Shown here in pieces: positions 24,731 through 34,948 of a stretch of DNA of 64,000 nt. The stretch spans positions 2,016,894-2,080,893 of the forward strand of contig JAYQLI010000035.1 of assembly GCA_038143065.1 (NCBI GenBank). The letters are read 5' to 3'. The position numbers were made by a program, and so were the translations under genes. The notes beneath the pieces were generated by a model. The model did not search any database and had not been told where the DNA came from. It saw nothing but the letters and a program-made list of their open reading frames with translations. How positions within the stretch are numbered: the first letter of the stretch is position 1; every line of letters begins with the position of its first letter. The DNA is from Rhodospirillales bacterium. Lineage in GTDB: Bacteria; Pseudomonadota; Alphaproteobacteria; Bin95.

Positions 24731-25612
24731 ATGAACCCTGAAGTCCAAGCAGCAATTCCTGAATTAGAAAAGTGGATTGGAAGAAAGCGCGTAGTGCATG
24801 ATGAAATAGGGCTAACATCTGTGCAGAGGGCAGCTGCAACATTGGACGTCGATCCTGCTTCCATAAAAGAGGGTGATGCAATCCCACGTGCATGGTTCAA
24901 TATGTTTTTCCCAGACATTTGTAAGGATAGTGACATTGGTCCTGATGGGCATCCGCACAAGGGGGTTTTCCTTCCACCAATCCCCCTACCCCGCCGAATG
25001 GGAGCAGGGCGCCGAGTGCAGATCATGGGCAATCTCGTTGTTGGCCAACCAGCGATTAAGACAGCAGAAGTTGCAGCGATACTGCCCAAGAGTGGTCGAT
25101 CGGGAAATATAGTTATCTTAACTATGCGGCTAACCTTTGAGACTGGCGGCAAAGTTATTGCAGTGGACGAATTTGACGCGATTTATCGTGAAGCCGTTCC
25201 TGCTGGTGCAAAGTCCACCAAGACTCAATCAAATCTTGCTCCAGAGCAAAGTGATTGGCAGGAAACTGTTTATTTTTCCGAGGCTAAAAATTTCCGATAC
25301 GGTGCAGTTACCTGGAATGCTCATAGAATTCACTATGATGCGGATTACGCTCGAACTGAGGAGGGTTACGACCATACTGTTCAAAACGGCGGCCTAACAA
25401 TGCAGACAGTCACGGACCTTGCCGTCAAGCATGACACCCGCATAATTACAGGTTTGGATGCCCGCCTGACCAAACCCATTTGGGTTGGCGATACAGTCAC
25501 TGTTTATGGAAATAGGACTGAAGAAGGGCAAAGTTGTTGGATTGGTGACAAGCATGGCCACCTATGTGCAGAAATAAATGTGAGTTTTGAAAAGGGACGG
25601 GAGGCCCCCTAG
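24731..25612 (+). CDS. double hot-dog acyl-CoA dehydratase/hydratase (HTD2 / mesaconyl-C4-CoA or itaconyl-CoA hydratase-like)
   Basis: [40 protein letters not shown]. Confidence 0.82.
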   Translation: MNPEVQAAIPELEKWIGRKRVVHDEIGLTSVQRAAATLDVDPASIKEGDAIPRAWFNMFFPDICKDSDIGPDGHPHKGVFLPPIPLPRRMGAGRRVQIMGNLVVGQPAIKTAEVAAILPKSGRSGNIVILTMRLTFETGGKVIAVDEFDAIYREAVPAGAKSTKTQSNLAPEQSDWQETVYFSEAKNFRYGAVTWNAHRIHYDADYARTEEGYDHTVQNGGLTMQTVTDLAVKHDTRIITGLDARLTKPIWVGDTVTVYGNRTEEGQSCWIGDKHGHLCAEINVSFEKGREAP

Positions 25613-26792
25613 ACGGCATACGTGTCATTGATATGACCACAGTGGTTGTCGGTCCTATTTGTGGACGAACACTTGGTGATCAGGGTGCAGATGTAATTAA
25701 GATAGAGGCTCCGGGGGAGACCTTTTGCGCACCATGGCTAAGGGTTCCAGAAATCCCGGAATGTCGGGAAAGTTCATGAACTTTAACCGTAACAAGCGGT
25801 CGGTCTGTTTGAACATAAAGGAGCCCGCTGGGCTTGGGGCCTTAAAAAAATTAATCACAACAGCGGATGTATTTGTCACAAATGTGCGGCCAGCTGCGCT
25901 AGAGAGGGCTGGCCTAGACTTCCAGAGTTTGTCAGACCTTAATCCTCGACTGATTTATTGCGGTATAGTCGCTTTTGGAAAAGGGGGTCGTTACTTCAAT
26001 CGCCCAGCCTATGATCCAATCGTACAAAGCTTGTCAGGTGTCGCAGGAACTTTTGAGCGAGCCATCGGCAAGCCAAGGTTTGTCCCGATGGTAATGACAG
26101 ATCATGTCACAGGGCTGATAGCGGCTCAATCAATTGGCTTTGCACTATATCGTCGTGAAAAAACAGGTGTCGGTGAGGCAATCGAAGTGCCGATGTTGGA
26201 AAATATGGCAAGTTTTGTCTCATCTGAGCATTTAGCTGGTCTCACATTTGTCCCACCAGCTGGAGAGTCGGGTGACAATAGATTGCTTTCGCCGGATTAC
26301 CGTCCATTACCAACCTCTGATGGCTACATCACTGTTGGCCCCAATACCAATCCTCAAGCCTTTGCGTTCTTTGATGCAATTGGAAGACCAGAACTCAAAA
26401 GCGACCCTCGTTTTGATAGCGCTGCTAGCCGAACAGAAAATGCTGCAGATTATTTTGAAGTTCGTGCTTCCGGCTTGCTGAAGAAAACGACAGCAGAATG
26501 GTTGGAAATTTTCGATAAATTAGATGTCCCAGCCGCAGCTTATAATAAAATAGATGACCTCTTGGATGATCCGCACCTGAATGACATTGGTTTTTTTGAA
26601 GAAATTGAGCACCCTACTCAAGGTCGCATTTTAAAGACAAAGACGCCCACAACATTTACAGGGGGGATGCGTGAAGACGCCCTACATGCACCTCTCATAG
26701 GCGAGCAGACTCGCGAGGTCTTAGCTGATGTGGGCTTTGGTAAAGATGAGATAGATCAACTATTAAATACCGGTGCTGCAATCGAGCCCTAG
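25597..26792 (+). CDS. class III CoA-transferase (CaiB/BaiF); frameshift at G5 25713-25717; start uncertain
   Basis: [12 protein letters not shown]...GP...[14 protein letters not shown] upstream of ORF 25725; NRNKRS, ADVFVTN.RP, YD, catalytic D in MTDHVTG, APLIGE. Confidence 0.9.
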
Positions 26793-26848
26793 CTGGTACC
26801 GGAGGCTCCTTTGAGGTCAAAAACTTTTAATGTGGTGGAGACATCTTG

Positions 26849-27742
26849 ATGTCAGAAAACTTAGGTCCTTCGTTTCCATTCCATCCTTATGATCAGCGAC
26901 CAAAGCTTGAGTGGCCAAATGGGGCGCGAGTTGCTCTTTGGGTGCTGCCCAATATTGAGCACTATGAGTATCAACCTGAGTTTACAAACGTTCGGACTTC
27001 TTGGCCTCGGATGCCTGCACCAGACGTATTAGGCTATGGAGTTCGAGACTATGGTAATCGTGTTGGTGTCTGGCGAATGTTTGATGTTTTCGACAAACAT
27101 AATGTGACGTGCACTGTTTCTCTTAATTTCGGAATTATCGAGCACTATCCTGATATATGGGAAGCGATGGAGGCACGAAATTACGATTATCTTTGCCATG
27201 GTCTTTACAATACTCGTTACATTTGGGGCCTTGGTAAGGAAGAAACCTATGCCGTAATAAAGGACTGTGTGGACCTTCTGCGAGCTCGCACGGGTAGACA
27301 GCTTAATGGCTGGTTTGGATCTGCTGTCAGTCAAACGAAATGGGGGGCCGAGGCTTGTGTCGCTAACGGGATTGGCTACACGACGGACTTTTATCATGAT
27401 GACCAGCCTGTTCCGGTCGAAACAGCAAACGGGCCAATCATGACAATTCCATATTCAATGGATGTGAATGATGCGGTTGTATATCGCTGGCACTCAGAGG
27501 GGGAAGAGTTCTCGCGTATGATGCGAGACATGTTTGATGTCCTCTATTTAGAGGGAGAAAAGAGCGGGACTGTGATGCCCCTTTGTCTGCATCCTTATCT
27601 CTATGGCCAGCCGCATCGTCTCAAGTACTTAGATGAGACGCTGGGTTATATCCTGGGGCATGAAGACGTCTGGATGGCTACGGGAACGGAAATTATGCAA
27701 TGGTGCCGGGAAAATTGGCTGCCTAAATTAAAAAAAGTCTAA
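26849..27742 (+). CDS. polysaccharide deacetylase-family hydrolase (PuuE/allantoinase-like subfamily)
   Basis: RPKLEWPNGARVA, NIEH, RDYGNRVGVWR, CHG, DDQP, IPYS.DVND, LHP..GQPHR. Confidence 0.85.
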   Translation: MSENLGPSFPFHPYDQRPKLEWPNGARVALWVLPNIEHYEYQPEFTNVRTSWPRMPAPDVLGYGVRDYGNRVGVWRMFDVFDKHNVTCTVSLNFGIIEHYPDIWEAMEARNYDYLCHGLYNTRYIWGLGKEETYAVIKDCVDLLRARTGRQLNGWFGSAVSQTKWGAEACVANGIGYTTDFYHDDQPVPVETANGPIMTIPYSMDVNDAVVYRWHSEGEEFSRMMRDMFDVLYLEGEKSGTVMPLCLHPYLYGQPHRLKYLDETLGYILGHEDVWMATGTEIMQWCRENWLPKLKKV

Positions 27743-27746
27743 TTTT

Positions 27747-28313
27747 TTAAATTAAAGGCCTTTTAGCCCTAACGGGACATGGTCGCATTGTGTTGGTCTC
27801 AGGTTCAAATTCAGATCGCCCAGTATGGGCTAGGCTTTTGCCGTATATGTGAAGAGACAGCGATGGGTGATCGGTTATATTTTTCACGCTGTGTATGTCG
27901 TTCGGCATAAATACAATTGCTTGTCCTTTTCCAACATCCGCTTCGTGATGAACCTCTAAGACGGCATGGTGTTGTCTTGAGCCATCATCTGTGCGTCGCC
28001 AAATGGTATTCCTTTCTGTTCCATCTAGCCCAACTACAACTCCCCAGGTTTGATGGTCATGAGGCAATACACCCTTACCCGGGGCCCAAACTATAGCTTC
28101 CACTAATAAAGTATGATCTGGTTCTTCGTGCAGAACGGTTATCCCAATACCTTGGTTTTCGTCGATATCGTAGAAGCTGGATTGCACCCAGCTTTGATCC
28201 TCGGAAAGACGGGCTGCCAGATGCGCTATTTCGGGAAGGATTTCTTTTGGCGATGCATTGGCTGCGTTTAACCGTTTTAGGTCTTTTACAAACGCTTCAA
28301 TTTCATATGGCAT
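27747..28313 (-). CDS. cysteine dioxygenase-like cupin
   Basis: PHDH.TWG, IHSV.N and SLHIYG (3-His iron site plus S-H-Y triad). Confidence 0.82.
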   Translation of the reverse strand: MPYEIEAFVKDLKRLNAANASPKEILPEIAHLAARLSEDQSWVQSSFYDIDENQGIGITVLHEEPDHTLLVEAIVWAPGKGVLPHDHQTWGVVVGLDGTERNTIWRRTDDGSRQHHAVLEVHHEADVGKGQAIVFMPNDIHSVKNITDHPSLSLHIYGKSLAHTGRSEFEPETNTMRPCPVRAKRPLI

Positions 28314-28353
28314 GACCAAGGTCCCCGATTAGAGATCGCTTCAAAAAACTTAA

Positions 28354-29823
28354 TTATTTTACGAAGCTCGCAGCATCAGTAAATGCTTGAGGAAGAACAT
28401 TTATAATATCAGAGGCGATCATTCCCCGTCCTAGCCTTGCAGCCGAAGCACCATGCAACCAAACACCAGCAGCCGCAGCATCAAAAGCCGATGTTCCTTC
28501 TGACATTAGGCCCCCGACAATGCCCGCTAAGACGTCGCCAGACCCAGCGGTTGCAAGCCATGCTGGTCCATTGGAGTTAATGGCCGCCTTCCCATCTGGC
28601 GCCGCAATTACTGTATCTGGACCTTTTAAAATTAAATTAGCATGAGCTCTAAAAGCGGCCATCCTTGCTTGGTTCAGCTTTGAGCCTTCAGCATCAGGAA
28701 AAAGGCGACGAAATTCACCAGTATGTGGAGTAAGGATGACTTGAGGGGTTTGTTCTAAAGTATCAAAAAGGTCTTTTGGGTGCTCTGCAAAAGCAGTCAA
28801 AGCGTCGGCATCCAGCACGAGGTTGCGTTTTGATCGAGCGGCAATTTTAACGAGCTCTTGTGTTTCTTCGTTGACGCCTAGGCCTGGGCCTAAGATCACA
28901 GTGCTGTACCTAGGGTCCTGAAGTAAATCAGCAAGCCCTGTGGGCCCAGATATAGAGCGTACCATGACTTCTAATTCTGATGCTGCGTAGATTGGCCATG
29001 CTTCTGAGGGCGCAGCAATTGTTACAAGCCCAGCCCCTCCACGCAGGGCAGCCCGAGCGGCGAGCCGACTCGCCCCAGTTGTTTCTTTCCCACCAACTAC
29101 AAGAACATGACCCCGCGAATATTTGTGGCCTAACAAATTTAATTCAGATGGGGTGTTATTCCAAAGAGGGGGTGCATTTTCGAAAACTTTAGCTACCCCG
29201 GCCAGTGGTTCAGGTATGCCGATGTCTGCGACTACAGTGTTGCCAGCAAGGAAGCGACCAGGGGCTAGTAAATGGCCAGGTTTTTTTCGAAAAAAAGTGA
29301 CCGTCATTGCTGCTTTTGCTGCTGCACCCATCACTTGCCCGTCGTTGCCATTGACTCCACTGGGAAGGTCAACGGAGATTACTGGTGCTGGATGTTCATC
29401 CATCGCCTTTACAAGTGCTGCTTCGGAATTTTTCAAATTACGATTGAGACCAGCTCCAAATAAGGCATCTACGATCAAATTCGATCCTAAAAGAGCGTTG
29501 GGCGTTGCAGGTTCAACAAGACGATCCCACCGATTTGCGTGGATAGATGAGCTGCCTTTCAACTGTTTTGGATCAACCAGTGAAGCCAACTTTACGGGCC
29601 AACCCGCTTTAGCTAACTGGCGTGCTATGACCCAGCCGTCGCCACCATTGGCTCCGGGTCCGCAGAGAATAATAGTATTTGTGGCAGGCCAATGCCGCTG
29701 GATTTCTTCTGAAACAGCAACACCAGCATTTTCCATAAGCAATTCGTGAGTTAAGTCAGCATTAATTGCAGATTGGTCTACTGCGTACATTTCCTCTACG
29801 GATAGGACTTCAAGGCTCTTCAT
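28354..29823 (-). CDS. nnr: bifunctional NAD(P)H-hydrate epimerase/dehydratase
   Basis: LMENAG, CGPGANGGDG, DALFGAG, HKYSRG, DADAL, TPHTGEF, LATAGSGDVLAG. Confidence 0.95.
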   Translation of the reverse strand: MKSLEVLSVEEMYAVDQSAINADLTHELLMENAGVAVSEEIQRHWPATNTIILCGPGANGGDGWVIARQLAKAGWPVKLASLVDPKQLKGSSSIHANRWDRLVEPATPNALLGSNLIVDALFGAGLNRNLKNSEAALVKAMDEHPAPVISVDLPSGVNGNDGQVMGAAAKAAMTVTFFRKKPGHLLAPGRFLAGNTVVADIGIPEPLAGVAKVFENAPPLWNNTPSELNLLGHKYSRGHVLVVGGKETTGASRLAARAALRGGAGLVTIAAPSEAWPIYAASELEVMVRSISGPTGLADLLQDPRYSTVILGPGLGVNEETQELVKIAARSKRNLVLDADALTAFAEHPKDLFDTLEQTPQVILTPHTGEFRRLFPDAEGSKLNQARMAAFRAHANLILKGPDTVIAAPDGKAAINSNGPAWLATAGSGDVLAGIVGGLMSEGTSAFDAAAAGVWLHGASAARLGRGMIASDIINVLPQAFTDAASFVK

Positions 29824-30518
29824 TCGACCCCTGATATCCGGTTTCGACCGCCAGGACCAGTTTTCACCCATTTCACAGGCCGGTCATCATACAGGCTACC
29901 GTCATTTAAACGATCTCTGATTTCCTTTAGGACGATGGCAGTGATAGGTCGAATTTTCAGCTGTAGTGCAGAGTCGATATCACGCCACTGGAGTTTCAGT
30001 AGTTCATCTTGTTCTACATCCGCAACAACCGAGACCCTTTCATATTCAGTCACAAAAAACCGAGCATTGAAGCGTCTGGGACGTTCGGGTGGTGTGACTG
30101 CCCTATAAATGTAAGTGAGGCCATCCAGGGATGGACCAAAACCAGTTTCGTAAAAAGCATCCCAACCCTTTGGTGGCCGTTTTGGCTTGGGCGCCTTTGA
30201 CCCTATGACTAGACCTGTTTCTTCGAAAGTTTCTCGAACTGCCGCTAGTGCAAGTGCTCTTGCGCGCCGTTCGGTTGCAGACGCAGTCAAACGTTTTAGC
30301 ACTTCAGGGCGTAGATCTTTCTCGGGAATAACGAAGCCATAGCTACGGTCAACTCGGCCACCAGGAAAAACATAGTGATGAGGATAGAAAACATGCCCAG
30401 AGCTCCGTTCTCCCATCAAAATTTCGGGAGTGCTGCCACGCATTCGGACTAGGACGAGAGTAGCGGCGTCCCGAATGGCCGGTTGTTTTCTCATTTTTGT
30501 GGCGTTTTTGTCAGACAT
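29820..30518 (-). CDS. NUDIX hydrolase with insertion in the Nudix box
   Basis: RDAATL, VFPGGRVD...AAVRETFEETG, TPP..PRRFNARFF. Confidence 0.88.
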   Translation of the reverse strand: MSDKNATKMRKQPAIRDAATLVLVRMRGSTPEILMGERSSGHVFYPHHYVFPGGRVDRSYGFVIPEKDLRPEVLKRLTASATERRARALALAAVRETFEETGLVIGSKAPKPKRPPKGWDAFYETGFGPSLDGLTYIYRAVTPPERPRRFNARFFVTEYERVSVVADVEQDELLKLQWRDIDSALQLKIRPITAIVLKEIRDRLNDGSLYDDRPVKWVKTGPGGRNRISGVE

Positions 30519-30557
30519 TATGCCAATCCCCTTGAACGAATCGCTGGAAGAAGCATA

Positions 30558-30635
30558 TGGGGTGCCCAACCGGATTTGAACCGGCGACCTCCTGGACCAC
30601 AACCAGGCGCTCTAACCAACTGAGCTATGGGCACC
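30558..30635 (-). tRNA. tRNA-His (GTG) with encoded G-1, C73 and CCA
   Basis: minus strand GGTGCCCATAGCTCAGTTGGTTAGAGCGCCTGGTTGTGGTCCAGGAGGTCGCCGGTTCAAATCCGGTTGGGCACCCCA folds as a cloverleaf with GTG anticodon and GTTCAAA T-loop. Confidence 0.97.
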
Positions 30636-30767
30636 ATCAATCTGTATTGCGTTTACGCGAGAAGCTGCATAGACGTCAACCGGAGTTTGATGTTGCTTGC
30701 TCTTGCTTCTAATCGCCAGGCATAGTCAAACGCTATAAAAGTTTATCCGAGTAGGAAATCAAAAACT

Positions 30768-31931
30768 ATGCAACTTGCTAAAAATCTCTCCCAATTGGGC
30801 ACCGAAACTGCGTTTGAGGTGTTAGCGCGCGCAGCGAAATTAGCGGCAGCAGGCAAGGATGTAATAAACCTCGGCATAGGCCAGCCTGATTTTAAAACAC
30901 CTACTCATGTGGTTGAGGCAGCTATTAAAGCAATGCGAGATGGCCATCATGGTTATACTCCGGCAAAAGGCATCCCAGCCTTGAGGGAAGCTGTTGCGAA
31001 TGACGTTCACATACGAAGAGGTGTGAGTGTCGATCCTGAGAACATTATGATTATGCCGGGCGGTAAGCCTACAATGTTCTTCGCAATTATGATGTTTGGA
31101 GAGCCGGGAGCGGAGATCATCTACCCTAACCCTGGGTTTCCAATCTATGAAAGTGCGATTCGGTACGTAGGTGCTAAACCTGTTCCGATGCGCCTTTTAG
31201 AAGAAAAAGGTTTTGCATTCTCGGCAGATGAAGTTTTGGGCCAAATTACTGACAAAACGCGCCTTATCATCATCAATACTCCTGCAAACCCAACTGGTGG
31301 TGTGACGCCCAAGGCTGAACTGGACAAATTGGCTGCGGGCTTAGAACGTTGGCCCAATGTGGCCTTGATGAGTGACGAGATTTACGATCGTATGCTCTAT
31401 GATGGGCTCCAGCATGCATCGATGCTGGCATATGAGGGACTACGAGATCGTCTTATTGTTTTGAATGGATGGTCAAAAACATATGCAATGACCGGATGGC
31501 GGCTGGGATATTCAATATGGCCAGAAAAATTAATCTCGCATGTGGAGAAGCTTGCCGTAAATAGCCACTCTTGTGTGAATGCTCCTACACAATTCGCTGG
31601 CATAGCAGCGCTAGAGGGACCCCAATCTGCAGTTGACGAAATGCTTGTTGCTTTTTCCGAGCGCCGGAGAGTGATAGTTGATGGTCTGAATGCCATTCCT
31701 GGAATTCGATGTGCAGAGCCTGGCGGCGCGTTCTATGCATTTCCAAATATTGAAGGTACGGGCATGGACTCTAAAACCCTTCAAAGTCGACTTTTGGAAG
31801 AAGAGGGCGTTGCTGTTGTTGCCGGGACTAGCTTTGGCGCTCTAGGTGAAGGGTTCGTTCGTTTCTCTTACGCCGCAAGCCTGAACGAAATTGAAGATGC
31901 ACTTGGCCGAATGAAAAAACTTATTGACTAA
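30768..31931 (+). CDS. class I/II PLP aminotransferase (aspartate aminotransferase-like)
   Basis: IGQPDF, YTPAKG, NTPANPTG, SDEIY, SKTYAMTGWRLG, GAFY, RFSYA. Confidence 0.94.
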   Translation: MQLAKNLSQLGTETAFEVLARAAKLAAAGKDVINLGIGQPDFKTPTHVVEAAIKAMRDGHHGYTPAKGIPALREAVANDVHIRRGVSVDPENIMIMPGGKPTMFFAIMMFGEPGAEIIYPNPGFPIYESAIRYVGAKPVPMRLLEEKGFAFSADEVLGQITDKTRLIIINTPANPTGGVTPKAELDKLAAGLERWPNVALMSDEIYDRMLYDGLQHASMLAYEGLRDRLIVLNGWSKTYAMTGWRLGYSIWPEKLISHVEKLAVNSHSCVNAPTQFAGIAALEGPQSAVDEMLVAFSERRRVIVDGLNAIPGIRCAEPGGAFYAFPNIEGTGMDSKTLQSRLLEEEGVAVVAGTSFGALGEGFVRFSYAASLNEIEDALGRMKKLID

Positions 31932-31960
31932 AAAAAGTGCAATTGCCTAATAAATAAACA
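31925..31960 (+). promoter_or_regulatory. tandem NtrC-like binding sites upstream of glnB
   Basis: 17-mers TGACTAAAAAAAGTGCA (31925-31941) and TGCCTAATAAATAAACA (31944-31960) resemble TGCAC-N7-GTGCA, ~75-110 bp above the sigma54 site. Confidence 0.6.
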
Positions 31961-32034
31961 AAAACTAAGCTATTCGGAAACTCTGAACAAAAAATTCTTT
32001 AGTGATCTTATAAGATGCAAGCTCAAAACGGTTT

Positions 32035-32050
32035 TGGCACATATCTTGCT
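32035..32050 (+). promoter_or_regulatory. sigma54 (-24/-12) promoter of glnB-glnA
   Basis: TGGCAC-ATATC-TTGCT, exact TGGCAC-N5-TTGCW consensus 50 bp before the glnB ATG. Confidence 0.88.
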
Positions 32051-32075
32051 TTTCATTGTTCTGATCTCTTTTTAA

Positions 32076-32438
<363 letters not shown>

Positions 32439-32443
32439 TTAAT

Positions 32444-32462
32444 GCCGTCAGATAAAGACGGC
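32444..32462 (+). other. glnB-glnA intergenic stem-loop (possible processing or stability element)
   Basis: GCCGTC-agataaa-GACGGC. Confidence 0.45.
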
Positions 32463-32496
32463 CAATTCTTTAAATTTTGATGAAAGGAATAACGTT

Positions 32497-33918
32497 ATGA
32501 GCCTTGGTTGTAAGACGCCGGCAGATTTAATTAAGGCGATGGCAGATAATGACATCCGCCATGTAGATTTTCGCTTCACTGACCCAAAAGGTAAGTGGCA
32601 GCACACCACCCAGTATCATACAACCATCGATGAAGATCTTTTGACCGATGGCGTAATGTTTGATGGTTCTTCCATCGCTGGTTGGAAAGACATTAGCCAG
32701 TCAGACATGATTCTCTCTCCAGACGTAACAACGGCCACTATGGACCCGTTTACGGCAGAGCCAACAATGATTGTTGTTTGCGATATTATTGAGCCTTCGA
32801 CTGGTCAGGGCTACGAGCGTGACCCTAGGTCTATTGCTAAGCGCGCCGAGTCTTATCTTGCTGAGACAGGCATTGGCGACACCGTGTTCATGGGGCCTGA
32901 AGCCGAATTCTTCATGTTTGACGATGTTCGTTTCACAACTGGAATGCATGGAGCCTCATACGCTGTAGACAGCCTTGAGCTACCAACAAACTCTGCAAGA
33001 GAGTATGAGGATGGTAATCCTGGTCACAGGCCCGGAGTTAAAGGTGGATACTTTCCTGTGGCACCAGTCGACCATGGAAACGATATCCGTGCTGAAATGG
33101 TGTCAATCATGGCGCAGATGGGGCTTGATGTAGAGAAGCATCATCATGAGGTTGCGCCTGCTCAGCATGAACTTGGTGTAAAATTTAATACACTCCTCGG
33201 ATCTGCTGATGGGATGCAGGTTTATAAGTACGTAGTGCACCAGGTTGCGCATTCCTATGGAAAGACAGCAACCTTCATGCCCAAGCCTGTTTCCGGTGAC
33301 AATGGGTCTGGGATGCACGTCCACCAGTCAATTTGGAAAGATGGCCAGCCAACCTTTGCAGGCACAGGATATGCTGATCTATCTGAAACTTGTTTGCACT
33401 ACATTGGGGGCATTATTAAGCATGCCAAAGCAATTAATGCTTTTACTAATCCTTCAACCAACAGCTACAAGCGTCTAATTCCAGGATTTGAGGCCCCAGT
33501 TCTTTTGGCGTACTCAAGCCGTAACCGCTCAGCTTCCTGTCGGATTCCTTATGTAACAAGTCCAAAGGCCAAAAGAGTTGAAGTTCGCTTCCCTGATCCA
33601 ACAGCGAATCCTTATCTTGCTTTCGCGGCAATGATGATGGCTGGCCTTGATGGGATTAAAAACAAGATTCATCCTGGCGATCCTATGGATAAAAATCTTT
33701 ATGACCTCCCACCAGAAGAACTTCAGGGTGTTCCAACTGTTTGTGGATCCTTGAGAGAAGCCTTGGATAGCTTGGCAGCCGATATGGATTTCTTGATGGC
33801 CGGCGACGTGTTTACTAAAGACATGTTAGAGGGCTACATGGAGCTCAAGTGGAATGACGTTTATGCGTTCGAGCACACACCACATCCAGTCGAATTCGAG
33901 ATGTATTATAGCGTTTAA
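32497..33918 (+). CDS. glnA: glutamine synthetase type I
   Basis: [41 protein letters not shown] adenylylation site. Confidence 0.98.
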   Translation: MSLGCKTPADLIKAMADNDIRHVDFRFTDPKGKWQHTTQYHTTIDEDLLTDGVMFDGSSIAGWKDISQSDMILSPDVTTATMDPFTAEPTMIVVCDIIEPSTGQGYERDPRSIAKRAESYLAETGIGDTVFMGPEAEFFMFDDVRFTTGMHGASYAVDSLELPTNSAREYEDGNPGHRPGVKGGYFPVAPVDHGNDIRAEMVSIMAQMGLDVEKHHHEVAPAQHELGVKFNTLLGSADGMQVYKYVVHQVAHSYGKTATFMPKPVSGDNGSGMHVHQSIWKDGQPTFAGTGYADLSETCLHYIGGIIKHAKAINAFTNPSTNSYKRLIPGFEAPVLLAYSSRNRSASCRIPYVTSPKAKRVEVRFPDPTANPYLAFAAMMMAGLDGIKNKIHPGDPMDKNLYDLPPEELQGVPTVCGSLREALDSLAADMDFLMAGDVFTKDMLEGYMELKWNDVYAFEHTPHPVEFEMYYSV

Positions 33919-33950
33919 GGCTTAAACCTGGCGCGAGCTGGGCTCTAATG

Positions 33951-33988
33951 AAGCGGCCGGTCTACCAACATAGATCGGCCGCTTTTTA
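33951..33988 (+). terminator. intrinsic terminator after glnA
   Basis: AAGCGGCCGGTCTA-ccaaca-TAGATCGGCCGCTT then T-run. Confidence 0.85.
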
Positions 33989-33989
33989 T

Positions 33990-34733
33990 TTAGATTAGCT
34001 CAATAGAAGCTTCTCCCTGCAGAATCGATTCTGCCTGAAAAGAATATTTTTCTTCTTCGGTATGTAAGGTTAAGCCAGATAAAATTCGAAGGGGTGCAGC
34101 ACCGCCTTTAACTCCGCGCACGATAATTCGTCGAGCGTCAGACCCCTTGTGCGGCCAAATCGGAAACACAGCCAGGCTCCCGATGCCTGCTTTCGTGGCA
34201 GCATTTAAAAGGTCCGAGAGTCGGTCTGCCCTATGTATGGCTGTTACACCGCCTCCAGACATAACTTGCTCAGAGGCTACTTTATACCAGTCCGCTAGAC
34301 GCGCTTTTCCCTCTACAGTTGCAATTCGCTTGATTTTATCTGGTGAAGTATCGTTGGACTCGGGCTTCAAATAAGGTGGATTAAATAGAACTTCGCTGAA
34401 GAAATTTGATCGCGGCTCCAAATCCAAAATATCAGATTGAATGATCTCAATCTGATCCTCCAAGCTATTGGTAATTACGTTTGAGTGCGCGAGGTCTGAT
34501 AATTCATGTTGAATTTCAACGGCAGTTATTCGACAGTCTTGCACTCTTAACGCAAGTGCTAGCGCGACAGCGCCAACGCCCGTTCCCAGCTCCAATGCGT
34601 TTTTGCCTGGTTTGAGTGGGATAGCCGCTGCCAGTAGAGCTGCATCAATTGCAACACGGTAACTGCGGACGGGTTGTTGCAAAACCAGTTTCTGGCCGAG
34701 CCAACTATCTTCCTTGGTATCAATTTTATTCAT
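33990..34733 (-). CDS. tRNA1(Val) A37 N6-methyltransferase-like SAM methyltransferase
   Basis: YRVAIDAALLAA, LELGTGVG, NPPY, IHRADRL; divergent from ispB. Confidence 0.85.
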   Translation of the reverse strand: MNKIDTKEDSWLGQKLVLQQPVRSYRVAIDAALLAAAIPLKPGKNALELGTGVGAVALALALRVQDCRITAVEIQHELSDLAHSNVITNSLEDQIEIIQSDILDLEPRSNFFSEVLFNPPYLKPESNDTSPDKIKRIATVEGKARLADWYKVASEQVMSGGGVTAIHRADRLSDLLNAATKAGIGSLAVFPIWPHKGSDARRIIVRGVKGGAAPLRILSGLTLHTEEEKYSFQAESILQGEASIELI

Positions 34734-34948
34734 CGAGAAGTTCTATACATGATGGTCAGGCTTATTCACCATTCTCTGAGATTGCCTCTCCGATTGGATG
34801 TAGAAAAAAGTTATCTGAACCCATGGATTTGATTTCCCAAAATGGCATTTTGGTGGACAGCTTAATTTCTTGCAATTTTAAGGTTTAAGCCTATCTATAC
34901 AGTGGTCGAAACGCTTTATTCTAGGCATTTCCAATCGGAGCATTCCAA

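Noticed and set aside
30519-30640. tRNA-His as an island insertion site; ORF 29820-30602 extending through the tRNA
   Set aside because: No integrase or att duplication; the Nudix gene more plausibly starts at ATG 30518
34734-34948. 11-bp inverted repeat CTCCGATTGGA (34788) / TCCAATCGGAG (34930) and a 37-codon minus-strand ORF
   Set aside because: Too short to separate from chance; no target-site duplication, RBS or recognisable protein
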